A DNA stretch of 58,922 nucleotides, filler included, from 5 parts of 5 records of this genome joined end to end with filler, not necessarily neighbours in it, one strand, 5' to 3'; numbered from the whole stretch's first letter, positions 11,258-22,055 are shown. A program made the numbers and translations. Notes: generated by a model not told the origin, from the letters alone.

Positions 11258-12094
11258 ATGTTATTCAGTCGTAAAATCACCTTCATTGGTGCTGGCAATA
11301 TGGGAGAGGCACTACTTGGCGGTCTATTAAAATCAAAATTAACCAATCCCGAAAATATCATGGCTACGGATGTCAAAGAAGACCGCCGAAATGATGTAGC
11401 AAAGAAATGGGGTGTTTTAACCAGTTCAGATAATCACGAAGCGGTCAGATTCGCTGATATTATTGTCCTCTGTGTGAAACCTCAGGTGATCAGCACGGTT
11501 TTGGATGAAATTAAAAAAGATGTCACGGAAGATAAGCTCATTATCTCCATACTGGCTGGTATAACAACACAAACAATTAATAAATCATTGGGGAAACAGA
11601 ATCCAGTCGTTCGGGTCATGCCCAATATTCCCGCTGTTGTAGATGAAGGAGCCTCTGGTGTATGTTTGGGGAAATATTCTGAAGAAATTCATAAAGAGCT
11701 GGCCGTAAAAATACTCACATCTGTGGGTGTGGTCGAAATAGTAGATGAAACACAAATGGATGTCATAACAGGCTTGAGTGGAAGTGGCCCGGCCTATATA
11801 TATATGGTCATTGAAGCGCTGACCGATGGTGGTGTGATGATGGGATTACCCCGGGATGTTGCAACACGATTAGCCACCCAAACCGTACTTGGATCTGCCA
11901 AGCTGGTGCGTGAAACAGGTATACATCCGGCCATGTTAAGGGATCAGGTGACAACTCCGGGTGGAACAGCTATTTCAGCAATTAAAGAACTGGAAACACA
12001 TGGATTGCGTCCAATGCTCATACGCGCCGTTGAAACAGCCACAAAAAAATCCAAACAATTGAGCGCTTTTCTTGAAGAACAGAATGGGCTTTAA
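11258..12094 (+). CDS. proC: Pyrroline-5-carboxylate reductase
   Basis: IGAGNMG, VKPQ, RVMPN, SGSGPAY, VTTPGGTA. Confidence 0.95.
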   Translation: MLFSRKITFIGAGNMGEALLGGLLKSKLTNPENIMATDVKEDRRNDVAKKWGVLTSSDNHEAVRFADIIVLCVKPQVISTVLDEIKKDVTEDKLIISILAGITTQTINKSLGKQNPVVRVMPNIPAVVDEGASGVCLGKYSEEIHKELAVKILTSVGVVEIVDETQMDVITGLSGSGPAYIYMVIEALTDGGVMMGLPRDVATRLATQTVLGSAKLVRETGIHPAMLRDQVTTPGGTAISAIKELETHGLRPMLIRAVETATKKSKQLSAFLEEQNGL

Positions 12095-12155
12095 AAAGCC
12101 TGTTTATTTACTAAATTCACATTAAAGAACTTTTCAATTATATAGATTCGGAAAA

Positions 12156-13175
12156 ATGATTAAAATAGGTATTGTAGGTGCCACCGGTTACACTGGCGAA
12201 GAACTGCTTCGCGTACTCGGCCGGCATGAGCAAGCTCAGGTCACGTTTGTAACATCGGAACGTGAACAGGGAAAACCTTTAGCACAGTCGTTTCCCCAAT
12301 TACCAAAATACATAAACATGCAATTTATCTCCGCCCAACAGGCAACATCTATGGACGTAGACATAATATTTCTTTGTTTGCCTGCTGGAGAATCCGCTAA
12401 ATGGGCCGTTCCGTTCCTGGATAAAGGAACAAAAGTTATTGATTTAGGTGCTGATTTTCGCTTTTACGATCCTGATATTTATAAGAAATGGTATAACCTG
12501 GAACATCCATACCCGAAACTTTTACAAAATACCGTTTACGGTTTACCAGAATGGAAGCGTGATAAAATCAAAAATGCAACCTATGTTGGGAATCCAGGTT
12601 GCTATCCAACAAGTGTTCTTCTTGCAATGTTACCACTTATAAAAGAGAATGCTGTTGCAGATGAAACCATTTTAATTGATTCAAAATCCGGTGTATCGGG
12701 AGCGGGAAAATCTCCAAACCAGATAAACCACTATGTTCATGCGAATGAAAATATGCTGGCTTACAAGCCGGGACGCGTTCACCGTCATGTTGGTGAAATT
12801 GAACAAGAATTATCTGTTACCTCACATAAAGAAGCAAAGGTTATTTTTACGCCTCATTTAACTCCCATGACCAGAGGTATTTTTTCAAGCATATATGTGA
12901 AATTAAAGCAAGAAACATCACAGGATCAATTATTAAGTATTTTGAAAAAGGTTTACAAGGAAGAATCCTTTGTTCACGTTCTCGATGACCGGATTCCATC
13001 ATCGAATATGGCAGCACATTCAAACAATTGTTTTATATCAGCAGCAGTCGCAGCTGACACCTCCTACGCCATCCTCTTTTCTGTTATTGATAACCTGGGC
13101 AAGGGAGCGAGTTGGCAGGCAATACAAAACATGAATATCATGATGGGATTATCTGAGAATATGGGGCTTGTTTAA
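12156..13175 (+). CDS. argC: N-acetyl-gamma-glutamyl-phosphate reductase
   Basis: GATGYTG, IDLGADFR, YGLPE, NPGCYPT, SGVSGAG, DNLGKGAS. Confidence 0.96.
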   Translation: MIKIGIVGATGYTGEELLRVLGRHEQAQVTFVTSEREQGKPLAQSFPQLPKYINMQFISAQQATSMDVDIIFLCLPAGESAKWAVPFLDKGTKVIDLGADFRFYDPDIYKKWYNLEHPYPKLLQNTVYGLPEWKRDKIKNATYVGNPGCYPTSVLLAMLPLIKENAVADETILIDSKSGVSGAGKSPNQINHYVHANENMLAYKPGRVHRHVGEIEQELSVTSHKEAKVIFTPHLTPMTRGIFSSIYVKLKQETSQDQLLSILKKVYKEESFVHVLDDRIPSSNMAAHSNNCFISAAVAADTSYAILFSVIDNLGKGASWQAIQNMNIMMGLSENMGLV

Positions 13176-13954
13176 TGGCAAACAAAATCGTTATTAAAAT
13201 TGGCGGCCGTGCGTTTGAAGGTTCCGATGGATTCAAAGAATTAGCACAAGACCTATTAAAATCATCCAATTCTTTACCCATAATCGTCCACGGCGGAGGA
13301 GCTGAAATCTCCCAGGCCCTGCGGGAAGCGAACAGGGAACCGGTGTTCATCGATGGCCTTCGAGTCACAACACAGGAAGACATTGAGATCGTAGAAACCG
13401 TTCTTTCTGAAAACGTAAACGGACGAATCGCAGGTATTATGGAGGAATCCGGGATAAAATGCCAGCGGATGTCCGGCAAAACAGAAAATCTGTTTATAAT
13501 AGAACCCTTGACCCGAAATGGGCATAACATGGGTTTTGTTGGTCGTATAAAACAGGTACATCCAAAATCTGTTCTTAATGCCGTAAAACAAGGGCTTTTA
13601 CCTATAATATCCCCTATTTCTGCGGATGAAAACGGGCTTAGCTATAATGTCAACGCGGATAGTGCAGCCGGGGCACTTGCTGCAGCGGCAGAATGCAGTG
13701 ATCTGGTTTACTTTACTGATGTACCTGGCGTGCAAAAAGATGGCAAAACACTTTTAAAATTGACCATCCAGGAGTCAAAAGAGTTAATCGAAGATGGCAC
13801 TATTCAGGGTGGTATGATTGCTAAAATGGAATCTGTATTCGAAGCACTTGAGGGTGGTGTACAGAGAGTACATATTACTCAATGGCTCGGAAGTGGTTCA
13901 CTCTCAACTATATTGACCGCAAATCCGACAACAGGCACAACCATATACAGGTAA
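13175..13954 (+). CDS. argB: Acetylglutamate kinase
   Basis: VIKIGG, VHGGG, GLRVT, NVNAD, TDVPGV, GGMIAK. Confidence 0.94.
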   Translation: MANKIVIKIGGRAFEGSDGFKELAQDLLKSSNSLPIIVHGGGAEISQALREANREPVFIDGLRVTTQEDIEIVETVLSENVNGRIAGIMEESGIKCQRMSGKTENLFIIEPLTRNGHNMGFVGRIKQVHPKSVLNAVKQGLLPIISPISADENGLSYNVNADSAAGALAAAAECSDLVYFTDVPGVQKDGKTLLKLTIQESKELIEDGTIQGGMIAKMESVFEALEGGVQRVHITQWLGSGSLSTILTANPTTGTTIYR

Positions 13955-13960
13955 GATTAT

Positions 13961-15144
13961 ATGAAATCGACAGATTTAATCGGGATGGAAAAAAACGTAC
14001 TATTAGGGACTTATACAAGACCTCCTTTTATAATGACTCATGGTGAAGGTCCGTACATATTCGATGACACCGGGAAACGATATCTCGATTTTGTTGCAGG
14101 AATAGCTGTTAATGCTCTCGGATATGGCGACCAGGGAAGCCAAAAAGCTTTATCAGAACAGGCCAAAAAATTATGGCATTGCTCAAATCTCTACTATACG
14201 GAACCACAAATACGCCTGGCTAACCTACTTGTAGAAAACACTTTTGCTGATAAAGTCTTTTTTTGTAACAGTGGCACAGAAGCTATTGAAGGTGCCATCA
14301 AATTCGCCAGAAAATGGGCCAAAGAGAACAAAAACGAGGAATGCTCGGACATTATCACGTTTAAAAATTCCTTTCACGGACGAACATTAGGCGCTCTGGC
14401 CGCAACAGGACAACCGTCATTCTGGCAAGGATTTGAACCCATGCTTCCTGGATTTCAATATGCCACGTTTAATGATCTCGAATCAGTAAAACAACATGTC
14501 ACATCAAAGACATGCGCTATATTACTAGAGCCCTGCAAGGAGAAGGAGGCATCTTTCCGGCAGACCAGGATTTCCTGTCCGGATTAATGGATATATGCCA
14601 ACAAAACAATATTCTGCTTATTATGGATGAGATCCAGTGTGGCCTGGGACGAACCGGCACTTTTTGTGCTCATGAATCTTATAATATCTCACCGGATATT
14701 ATGACTCTTGCAAAACCGATCGCTGGCGGTTTGCCTATGGGTGCCATTCTTATGAAAGACAAGATTGCGCAGCACATCAAGCCTGGAAACCATGGTTCCA
14801 CATTTGGCGGTGGACCGCTTGTATCTGCAGTCGCAGAATATATAATCAGCCGGATTCTCGAACCATCCTTCCTGGAACATGTTCGTGAGATGGGACATTA
14901 CATTAAATCAAAACTTGAGCACATTTCCGGCAACAATCCCCGGATTATAGGGGTTAGAGGAAAAGGATTAATTCTGGGTGTTGCGTTTTCCGATGACCCA
15001 AAACCGATCATTGATGCGTGTGTTGATTCGGGATTGTTGGTTTGTAAAGCCGGACATAATACAATCCGTTTCATCCCTCCCCTTATCGTGGAAAAACAGC
15101 ATATTGATCAAGCTGTTACTATTTTTGAAAACGCATTAAAATAA
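13961..15144 (+). CDS. argD: Acetylornithine aminotransferase, frameshifted at ~14531-14533
   Basis: YLDFVAGIAVN, NSGTEA, SFHGRT. One extra base restores EPLQGEGG, followed by DEIQCG, LAKP and HGSTFGG. Confidence 0.92.
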
Positions 15145-15155
15145 AAGTTCCAAAT

Positions 15156-15192
15156 AAAAACAGGGTAGATCAAAAAACAAATCTACCCTGTT
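15156..15192 (-). terminator. Rho-independent terminator between convergent operons
   Basis: 12-bp perfect stem AACAGGGTAGAT/ATCTACCCTGTT with a T-run on the minus strand. Confidence 0.7.
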
Positions 15193-15215
15193 AAAACTCA
15201 TCAACAAATAGCTAT

Positions 15216-16127
15216 TCACTCTTTCCGGGCAAAGCGTTCGAGAAATTTATCACTAAATGTCATTTGGGACATATATCCTTCTACATCCTCTTTGTTCAAA
15301 ACACCCTTTTCCGTAATAATTCCGTCAAACAAATCAAGAGGTACTTTTTCAAAATACTTATTCCAGACAGAAACATTCTTTGGTTTCTTTTTCCACACCT
15401 GGCCAAAAGCATGTTCTTCTTCCTGTGCCATATTGATATTTTCAGGCAAAAATTTATTCATAGAACAAAGCACATAAACAGGACGATTCAACTGTCTGGC
15501 ACAAAAAGCCAGAATCCTTGTTCCGATTTTATTGACAATATTCTTTTCTGAAACGGCATCAGCACCAATAAATACCATATCACTTTGTTGTACAGCCTGA
15601 TTTATCGCTGCATCAACCAAAATTGTGACAGGAATACCCTCTTTACTTAGCTCTTCTGCTGCAAAACGACCTTCATACATCGGGCGCGATTCTGTTAAAA
15701 TAACGGAAGAAATGTTGCCCTGCAAATACAGATGTTTCACTGTTTTTACAACCAGGCTACTACGACTATAAGTGCATAGACAGATTTTTGTGCTAACAAT
15801 ATCCTGACAGCAACGTAGAATCTTTTTCTGATTCGTTTCCAATTCAACCAGGTATGTTTCTATCGAAGAGATTGCTTTAGTTTTAAACTCATCGTTAGTC
15901 CTGGCGCCGTGCACAGCTACCAACACATTATTGACAAGATTATAAAAAGGCGCCATGCGAGGTTGTGACAGGACAACTTTTATACCCCATTCTAAAAGGG
16001 TATTTGTAGCATCTGCAACAGAGACCGATTCCAATCCACTGATCTTATCCAGCAGAAAAGTCCCTGCTTTTGTCACCAACTCGCTGGCGCCTGAGAGGTT
16101 ATCTTTTTTTAGATCAAACGTTTCCAA
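15216..16127 (-). CDS. IF-2B family protein (eIF-2B alpha/beta/delta-like, R15P isomerase fold)
   Basis: SGASEL, QPRMAP, TYSRSS, TESRPMYEG, GADAV....IVNKIGT, YFEKVPL, ITEKG. Confidence 0.85.
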   Translation of the reverse strand: METFDLKKDNLSGASELVTKAGTFLLDKISGLESVSVADATNTLLEWGIKVVLSQPRMAPFYNLVNNVLVAVHGARTNDEFKTKAISSIETYLVELETNQKKILRCCQDIVSTKICLCTYSRSSLVVKTVKHLYLQGNISSVILTESRPMYEGRFAAEELSKEGIPVTILVDAAINQAVQQSDMVFIGADAVSEKNIVNKIGTRILAFCARQLNRPVYVLCSMNKFLPENINMAQEEEHAFGQVWKKKPKNVSVWNKYFEKVPLDLFDGIITEKGVLNKEDVEGYMSQMTFSDKFLERFARKE

Positions 16128-17567
16128 TTAAAAGAATACAAAAGTGACCAGGAGAAAAGTTGGAACCAATATGGCAACAGACCATGCCATATAGCCAAAG
16201 AAACTTGGCATTTTTAGTCCGGACTCTTCAGCAATTGAACGAACCATAAAGTTCGGAGCATTACCAATGTATGTATTTGCTCCCATAAAAACGGCACCGG
16301 TTGATATCGCCTTAAGGTATACACCTTGCTCAGCAATGAGCTTAGCCACGGCCTCCTTCTCTGGCATACCGGCAAAAAAGTTACCGAGAGCTGTATTAAG
16401 GAATGTGAGATACGTGGGCGCATTATCCAAGAAACTGGACAAAGTACCGGTAATCCAGAAATAATGCCATGGTTCTTTAACAGCATTAATGATAAAAGCA
16501 AGGTGTCCATCAGTACCTGCTTTTAACATAGCCAAAGCCGGGATGATACACATAAAGATACCGGCAAACAGGTATGCAACCTCCTGGATCGGGAACCAGG
16601 AAAACTCGTTACCGTCGCGAATCTCTTTACTTGTCGTCTTGAGTGAAAGTAATCCCATACAGATTAGAATGACATCACGTAATATACTTTGGATTGTCAT
16701 GTGAACGCCAAGCACAGTGACATGCCCGAGATGCAAAAGCCCGCTCATAAGAACACCACCGATAACACCTAATAAAAAGATAATATTATGTAGTCCCTTG
16801 ATACGAATTGGTCCGCTTGTGCTATTATCTTCTTCAATATTGCCGGCTTTTAAATCCCGATTGTAAATGAGTGTATCCATCATAAAAAAGACGGCCATTA
16901 AGATAACAACGACAAAAGCCATTTCCGGGAGCAAATTAAATGTCCAGAAAAACGGAACACTGTGCAAAAATCCGAGGAACAAGGGCGGATCGCCTAATGG
17001 TGTTAAAGAACCACCAATATTACTTACCAGAAAGATAAAAAAGATAACAATATGCATTTTGTTTTTACGCCCGGCATTCGCTCTTAAAAGAGGTCGAATC
17101 AGCACCATAGAAGCACCGGTCGTTCCAATCCAGGAAGCGATAGCCGTTCCGATGATAAGCATAACCAGATTGGTAACAGGTTTTCCCTTTATCTTACCTT
17201 CAACGAGAATACCACCCGAGACAGTAAAAAGCGCCCAAAGAAGCACTATAAAAGGTATGTAATCAATAAGATAAATGTGGAATATTTCATACAGTGCCGG
17301 GGAGCCATAAGCAATCACAAACGGGACAGCAAACAATATTGCCCAGAATGCAGAAACTTTTGGAAAATGATGATGCCAGAATTTTGGGGCCACAAGGGGT
17401 CCCAGAGCGATAGATAACAATATACCGACAAATGGAATAATACTCCACAAAGGTAGTACGGTTCCGAGATTGACGTGACCATGGCCCCCACCATTCTCAC
17501 TTGCATAAACAAAGCCAACTGTCAGAAGGATCCCTCCCAAAGTCAACCAAAGTCCTTTTTTACCCAT
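16128..17567 (-). CDS. Putative Na+/H+ antiporter (ion-transporter superfamily)
   Basis: Highly hydrophobic; GTTGASMVLIRP, SNIGGSLTPLGDPPLFLG, SSFLDNAPTY, GANTYIGNAPNFMV. Confidence 0.85.
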   Translation of the reverse strand: MGKKGLWLTLGGILLTVGFVYASENGGGHGHVNLGTVLPLWSIIPFVGILLSIALGPLVAPKFWHHHFPKVSAFWAILFAVPFVIAYGSPALYEIFHIYLIDYIPFIVLLWALFTVSGGILVEGKIKGKPVTNLVMLIIGTAIASWIGTTGASMVLIRPLLRANAGRKNKMHIVIFFIFLVSNIGGSLTPLGDPPLFLGFLHSVPFFWTFNLLPEMAFVVVILMAVFFMMDTLIYNRDLKAGNIEEDNSTSGPIRIKGLHNIIFLLGVIGGVLMSGLLHLGHVTVLGVHMTIQSILRDVILICMGLLSLKTTSKEIRDGNEFSWFPIQEVAYLFAGIFMCIIPALAMLKAGTDGHLAFIINAVKEPWHYFWITGTLSSFLDNAPTYLTFLNTALGNFFAGMPEKEAVAKLIAEQGVYLKAISTGAVFMGANTYIGNAPNFMVRSIAEESGLKMPSFFGYMAWSVAILVPTFLLVTFVFF

Positions 17568-17639
17568 TTCTTTATAAACCTTTCCTTTTTGTTATTCTGA
17601 CTGAATGTAATAGCATAAATTTAGAAATGTATGTTTTAC

Positions 17640-17729
17640 AACCGGTTTAATAATAACTGTAATGATGCTACAATCTCTAATTTAAAAAATAATTTCTAAA
17701 AACAAAAAGCATTTTTGAACCGGTTTAAT
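17640..17729. promoter_or_regulatory. Pair of AACCGGTT(TAAT) palindromic sites, LacI-like operator candidates
   Basis: AACCGGTTTAAT at 17640 and again at 17718, in the divergent intergenic region. Confidence 0.4.
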
Positions 17730-17899
17730 GAAATAGTAAAAATAATAAGGATATATCACTAATTTTAATGATATTTATCTATTAACACCCCTGAATTGAT
17801 AAATAGCTGGTAATTATTATATATTGCGAATATGAAAAGTTTGCTTATATTTATAAATAATATTTTTAACAGTATCATAGACCTGGAAAAAAGCACAAC

Positions 17900-18739
17900 A
17901 TGTCTTTAAAAAAACTAATCATAAACGCAGACGATTTTGGTTTATCAGAACTGACGAATCAGGGTATTATTCAATCCATTCATTCCGGCATTGTAACCAG
18001 TGTCTCTTTAATGGCAAATGAGAGCGCATTTGATAGTGCCATCGTGTTTTTAAAATCAGAGCCAGGTATATCAACGGGTTGGCATATTAATTTAACAACC
18101 GGTTATCCGGTGCTCAATAAAAACAAAATATCTACTTTGGTGAATAAATATGGGCAATTTTGGGGAAAATATCTGCTCCTCAAAAAATTGCTGTGTGGAA
18201 AAATAGACAAGCAGGAACTTTTAATGGAATTGCACGCCCAACTGGATAAAATAGAAAAAACAGGAATAACTCTTGATTTTATTGATAGTCATCACGATAT
18301 CCATTGCTGGCCTTTTCTGGCTCCAGTTCTCAGTCCACTTCTGGCAGCAAAAAACCTGACTAAAATCCGCTATTTTGGCTCTAAAATCTGTTTTTCACAA
18401 AATCGTTTAAACTTATTCACATCTCTTGTTTCTCCTGGTTTACAATTTTTAGTGGGTAAGCTAGGGTATTCACGACAAAGTTATTCATCTGATTTTATTT
18501 GGGCAAGTGCTGTGCTGAAACGAAAAGATAAGCTCAACACATTAAAACGCATAATCGCAGGTTGTCAAACAGGAGTGAATGAAATTATATGTCATCCGGG
18601 CATAACAGATATGTCTCTCGCACCCACGTACTATTATATAAAAGAGCGTCAAATGGAAATGGACGCTCTATGTGATCCAGTATTAAATAATATTCTGACA
18701 GATAATAATATCCAGCTTATTACTTCAAAGAATTATTAA
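17900..18739 (+). CDS. ChbG/HpnK (YdjC) family carbohydrate deacetylase
   Basis: IINADDFG, TSVSLM, GWHINLT, IDSHHDIH, EIICHPG. Confidence 0.9.
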   Translation: MSLKKLIINADDFGLSELTNQGIIQSIHSGIVTSVSLMANESAFDSAIVFLKSEPGISTGWHINLTTGYPVLNKNKISTLVNKYGQFWGKYLLLKKLLCGKIDKQELLMELHAQLDKIEKTGITLDFIDSHHDIHCWPFLAPVLSPLLAAKNLTKIRYFGSKICFSQNRLNLFTSLVSPGLQFLVGKLGYSRQSYSSDFIWASAVLKRKDKLNTLKRIIAGCQTGVNEIICHPGITDMSLAPTYYYIKERQMEMDALCDPVLNNILTDNNIQLITSKNY

Positions 18740-18761
18740 ACCTTTGATTTTCTCCACATCT

Positions 18762-21700
18762 TTATCTGATTAATAACATTCTTTTAACTTTTGTAAATTC
18801 TCCGACACGGATCTTGTAAAAGTAGGCTCCGGACTGAACCTGCGTCCCATAGCCATCCCGACTATCCCAATAAAGTGTATAATATCCCGGTTGCTGTATA
18901 TCATCAACCAGAGTCCTGACGACTTGTCCTAATACATTATAAATTCGAAACGTCACTCTACCGGATACCGGAATCTCATAACGTATTGTTGTTCCTCCAT
19001 TAAAAGGATTAGGATAGTTTTGACTCACAGTGAATTCTTCCGGAAGACCACTTAGAATATCCTTAACCAGGGAGGGAATGATAAAAAAATCACTCATACT
19101 TACTGCCATCCCGGAATTTCCGGATAAATCAAAGGCAAACACTTTAATTCGACATGTGGTTGACAGAGTATCCGGGATGATCCATTGAAAACTGGAATCA
19201 TTTGGTTGATGTGTCGTGATTGCTGTCCAGGTTTCCTGATCATCAAGTGAATAATAAAGACTTATCCAATCCACCTCAACATTATCAGATGCAACGCATC
19301 GAATCGTATCTTTTTCACCTACTTTAAAGGTTTCCCCGCCGTTAGGTGTATGAACCATAACTTTCGGAGACAATGTATCGTGTGCCGTAAAATTATAGTC
19401 AACCTTTAACGAATCGAGATATCGAATATGCCTGAATGCTGGTTTAAATTTGAATCCCTCTTTATAAGGCGTAAGGTAATAATCTCCCTCAGGTAACTCA
19501 TTGATACTATATGATCCGGTTTGATCCGTGTAAAATGTATCAATGGCACTGCCTGTTAGTATCAATTTGGTATTTGGCAGTCTTTCATTATATAATAAGA
19601 CCTCTCCATCAACGCGATAGACCGCTTCGTAATCGGCAATGACCGTATGAGAAGAATCCATTTTTACAAGAACAGAGTCTCCAGTTACAGGTTGACCATT
19701 CACCAACCATCCTTTGAACCGATATTTCTGGCCATTCTGTTCGACTGTTTCGGGTACTGGATTGATTGCCTTTGAAGCTCCATGTTGATATTGCCCGCTT
19801 CCGTCTATTTGAAATAAATCCGGTGGATTGGTTTGCATATGCAGAGAATACCTGGCATCAGCATTATCTGCGTTGGCCACCTTTTTGCCCAGACTCGTCG
19901 ATGTTGTGCCTGACGTATTATTGGTCATATTTATTGTGATTGCATTTCCGGATGTAGATACTTTTATCCATGTTATACCACTTGATGCATCATCATACCA
20001 CCCTTTGGGCGCTGCTTCAAAATCACTGTAACTGGTTTGCTGGGCCAATAAACCATCTGCATCGGTTGATACATAAGAGGTTTCTGTTTGCCGTTTTACT
20101 CTGAATATATAATCATCTGTGCTCGAGCCAACCTGTATTGTAATTCCCTCTGCCTGTTCCATCGTTTCAATATCAATAGATGTTGACGGATTCTTGTGAA
20201 AAGTAAACTGCGATTGATCCTGAGGATAAATCAGGAACGTAAGTTTGCCGTCCGATGCTGTGGATCCATGTCCTGTAATGGAATCCCCGACATTCATTGG
20301 TATGATGGCGCCCTGTCGAATGAAAATGGGATATTGAGCAAGAGTAACATTATAATTTACATTATCACCGCCCTGATAAGATTGGTTTTCATTCCAAAAA
20401 TCAACCCATTGTCCATCAGGGAATTGAATGAATCTTGAATTTTGATTATTAAAAATAGGGGCAACAAAAATATCATCACCAAGGAAATAGCGCCAGTCAT
20501 TTTCCCAATTGCTGGTATTATTCTCATCTCCTGTACCAACAGGTCTGACAAGGGATATTCCGGTTTGATGAGCATCAATATTATAACTATATAAATATGG
20601 TACCAGTTGGTGGTGTAATTTGGCATAATAGCGATAAATATTCACTGTTTCATCATCAAAAGCCCATGGGCGATGTTCTTTTAAACCACCATTTTCCATA
20701 ATGGGCATCATGGCACCAAGTTGGGCCCAGCGAAGCAGCAATTGTTTCGTTATTTCACCATCCCCATAATATCCGCCTATATCAGATCCAACTGTGGCAT
20801 ATCCTGCAGCAGCTGAAATAAACATATCCTTTAATGCTGACTGCAAACCGCTCCAGTCATGAGTCTGGTCACCAACCCATCCAGCAGAATTAGCATCGAT
20901 GGGGGCATAAAATCGTGCCGGAGGAGTACTTTCCTGGGAACAATAAGGTCTGGCCATAATCATAGCCTGATCAGCACCCCTTTTGAGCCTGGTATATTCA
21001 TACATTGTCCGATAATAGGCATGCGAATATTCCTCTTTTGTCTTTACACCGTCAAAAGTCAGTACAGATTCTCCTAACTCACGAACAAAATAGTCACTTT
21101 GATCAACCTTCCATCCATCTACTCCCATATCAAGGACATTATCCATGAGTGAATGCCACCAGTTCAGTGCATCCGGATTGAAAAAATCAACATGACTAGC
21201 TGCATTGTTCGCTTTCCAAAAATAAGTAGTAGGACAGTCTTCATCGGCATTTACACGTTTAATGAAATAGTCATTCTGGCATGCAAAATCATAATTTGGA
21301 GACTGGGTGACAATATTACCTGTCATCCAGAGTATAACATGGACACCACTATTCTTTAGATCTGTGATCATCTGTTGAGGATTTGGATACAAGGATGGAT
21401 CAAATTCAAATGTATTAAAGCCAACATCCTGGGGATCTTCCCACGGACTATCTATAATCACAGAACCAACCGGGATATCCCTTTGAATGTATCCGGACAC
21501 CAGATCCCATGTTGCTTGTTGCGTGTTAAAATTATCTTCCCAGACACATGGTTCAAACACCCATTTGGGTGATATATGCGGCTTTGCCTGAACAACAGCC
21601 AGAGGTGTAGCCATCACCTCTGATGAATAACCGCTTTCCAACCCCGCGACATCAACTGCAGTTATAACATAATAATAGACAATGCCATTGCTTAGCCCGC

Positions 21701-21953
21701 TATCTGTAAAATTTGTTACGCTATTCACGGACGCTACTTCATTATAACCTGAACCGCTTGACGTACTACGATATATCTTGTAACCACTCAAATCCAACTC
21801 ATTATTCGCTTGCCAGCTTAAATAGACAGACCCATCACCAGCCGTTGCTATTAAACCAGAGGGCGCAGCTGGTGGCAAATCAACTGCATTTATGGTCTCT
21901 AACTCCAAAGCCCATAAATCAGAATTGCTGTCATCACTATCGCCTTCATTGAT
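18762..21953 (-). CDS. Secreted multidomain GH31 glycoside hydrolase (FnIII + GH31 + Ig-like modules + C-terminal sorting/FlgD-like domain); 5' truncated
   Basis: FnIII 'PAAPSGLIA..GDGSV.LSW'; GH31 'IIDSPW', 'GWKVD', 'WVGD', 'GSDIGGY', 'RWAQLG'; C-terminal 'QNYPNPFN...SGAYFY'; frame open to the contig edge. Confidence 0.88.
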   Translation of the reverse strand: MNEGDSDDSNSDLWALELETINAVDLPPAAPSGLIATAGDGSVYLSWQANNELDLSGYKIYRSTSSGSGYNEVASVNSVTNFTDSGLSNGIVYYYVITAVDVAGLESGYSSEVMATPLAVVQAKPHISPKWVFEPCVWEDNFNTQQATWDLVSGYIQRDIPVGSVIIDSPWEDPQDVGFNTFEFDPSLYPNPQQMITDLKNSGVHVILWMTGNIVTQSPNYDFACQNDYFIKRVNADEDCPTTYFWKANNAASHVDFFNPDALNWWHSLMDNVLDMGVDGWKVDQSDYFVRELGESVLTFDGVKTKEEYSHAYYRTMYEYTRLKRGADQAMIMARPYCSQESTPPARFYAPIDANSAGWVGDQTHDWSGLQSALKDMFISAAAGYATVGSDIGGYYGDGEITKQLLLRWAQLGAMMPIMENGGLKEHRPWAFDDETVNIYRYYAKLHHQLVPYLYSYNIDAHQTGISLVRPVGTGDENNTSNWENDWRYFLGDDIFVAPIFNNQNSRFIQFPDGQWVDFWNENQSYQGGDNVNYNVTLAQYPIFIRQGAIIPMNVGDSITGHGSTASDGKLTFLIYPQDQSQFTFHKNPSTSIDIETMEQAEGITIQVGSSTDDYIFRVKRQTETSYVSTDADGLLAQQTSYSDFEAAPKGWYDDASSGITWIKVSTSGNAITINMTNNTSGTTSTSLGKKVANADNADARYSLHMQTNPPDLFQIDGSGQYQHGASKAINPVPETVEQNGQKYRFKGWLVNGQPVTGDSVLVKMDSSHTVIADYEAVYRVDGEVLLYNERLPNTKLILTGSAIDTFYTDQTGSYSINELPEGDYYLTPYKEGFKFKPAFRHIRYLDSLKVDYNFTAHDTLSPKVMVHTPNGGETFKVGEKDTIRCVASDNVEVDWISLYYSLDDQETWTAITTHQPNDSSFQWIIPDTLSTTCRIKVFAFDLSGNSGMAVSMSDFFIIPSLVKDILSGLPEEFTVSQNYPNPFNGGTTIRYEIPVSGRVTFRIYNVLGQVVRTLVDDIQQPGYYTLYWDSRDGYGTQVQSGAYFYKIRVGEFTKVKRMLLIR

Positions 21954-21954
21954 A

Positions 21955-22054
21955 NNNNNNNNNNNNNNNNNNNNNNNNNNNNNNNNNNNNNNNNNNNNTT
22001 AATTAATTAANNNNNNNNNNNNNNNNNNNNNNNNNNNNNNNNNNNNNNNNNNNN
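21955..22054. other. Artificial contig spacer
   Basis: N-run with TTAATTAATTAA. Confidence 0.98.
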
Positions 22055-22055
22055 A

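Noticed and set aside
10781-14533. Programmed frameshifting, phase variation or pseudogenisation of argJ and argD
   Set aside because: Runs are short, the genes show no other decay, and the same one-base loss recurs in unrelated contigs; sequencing error is more parsimonious
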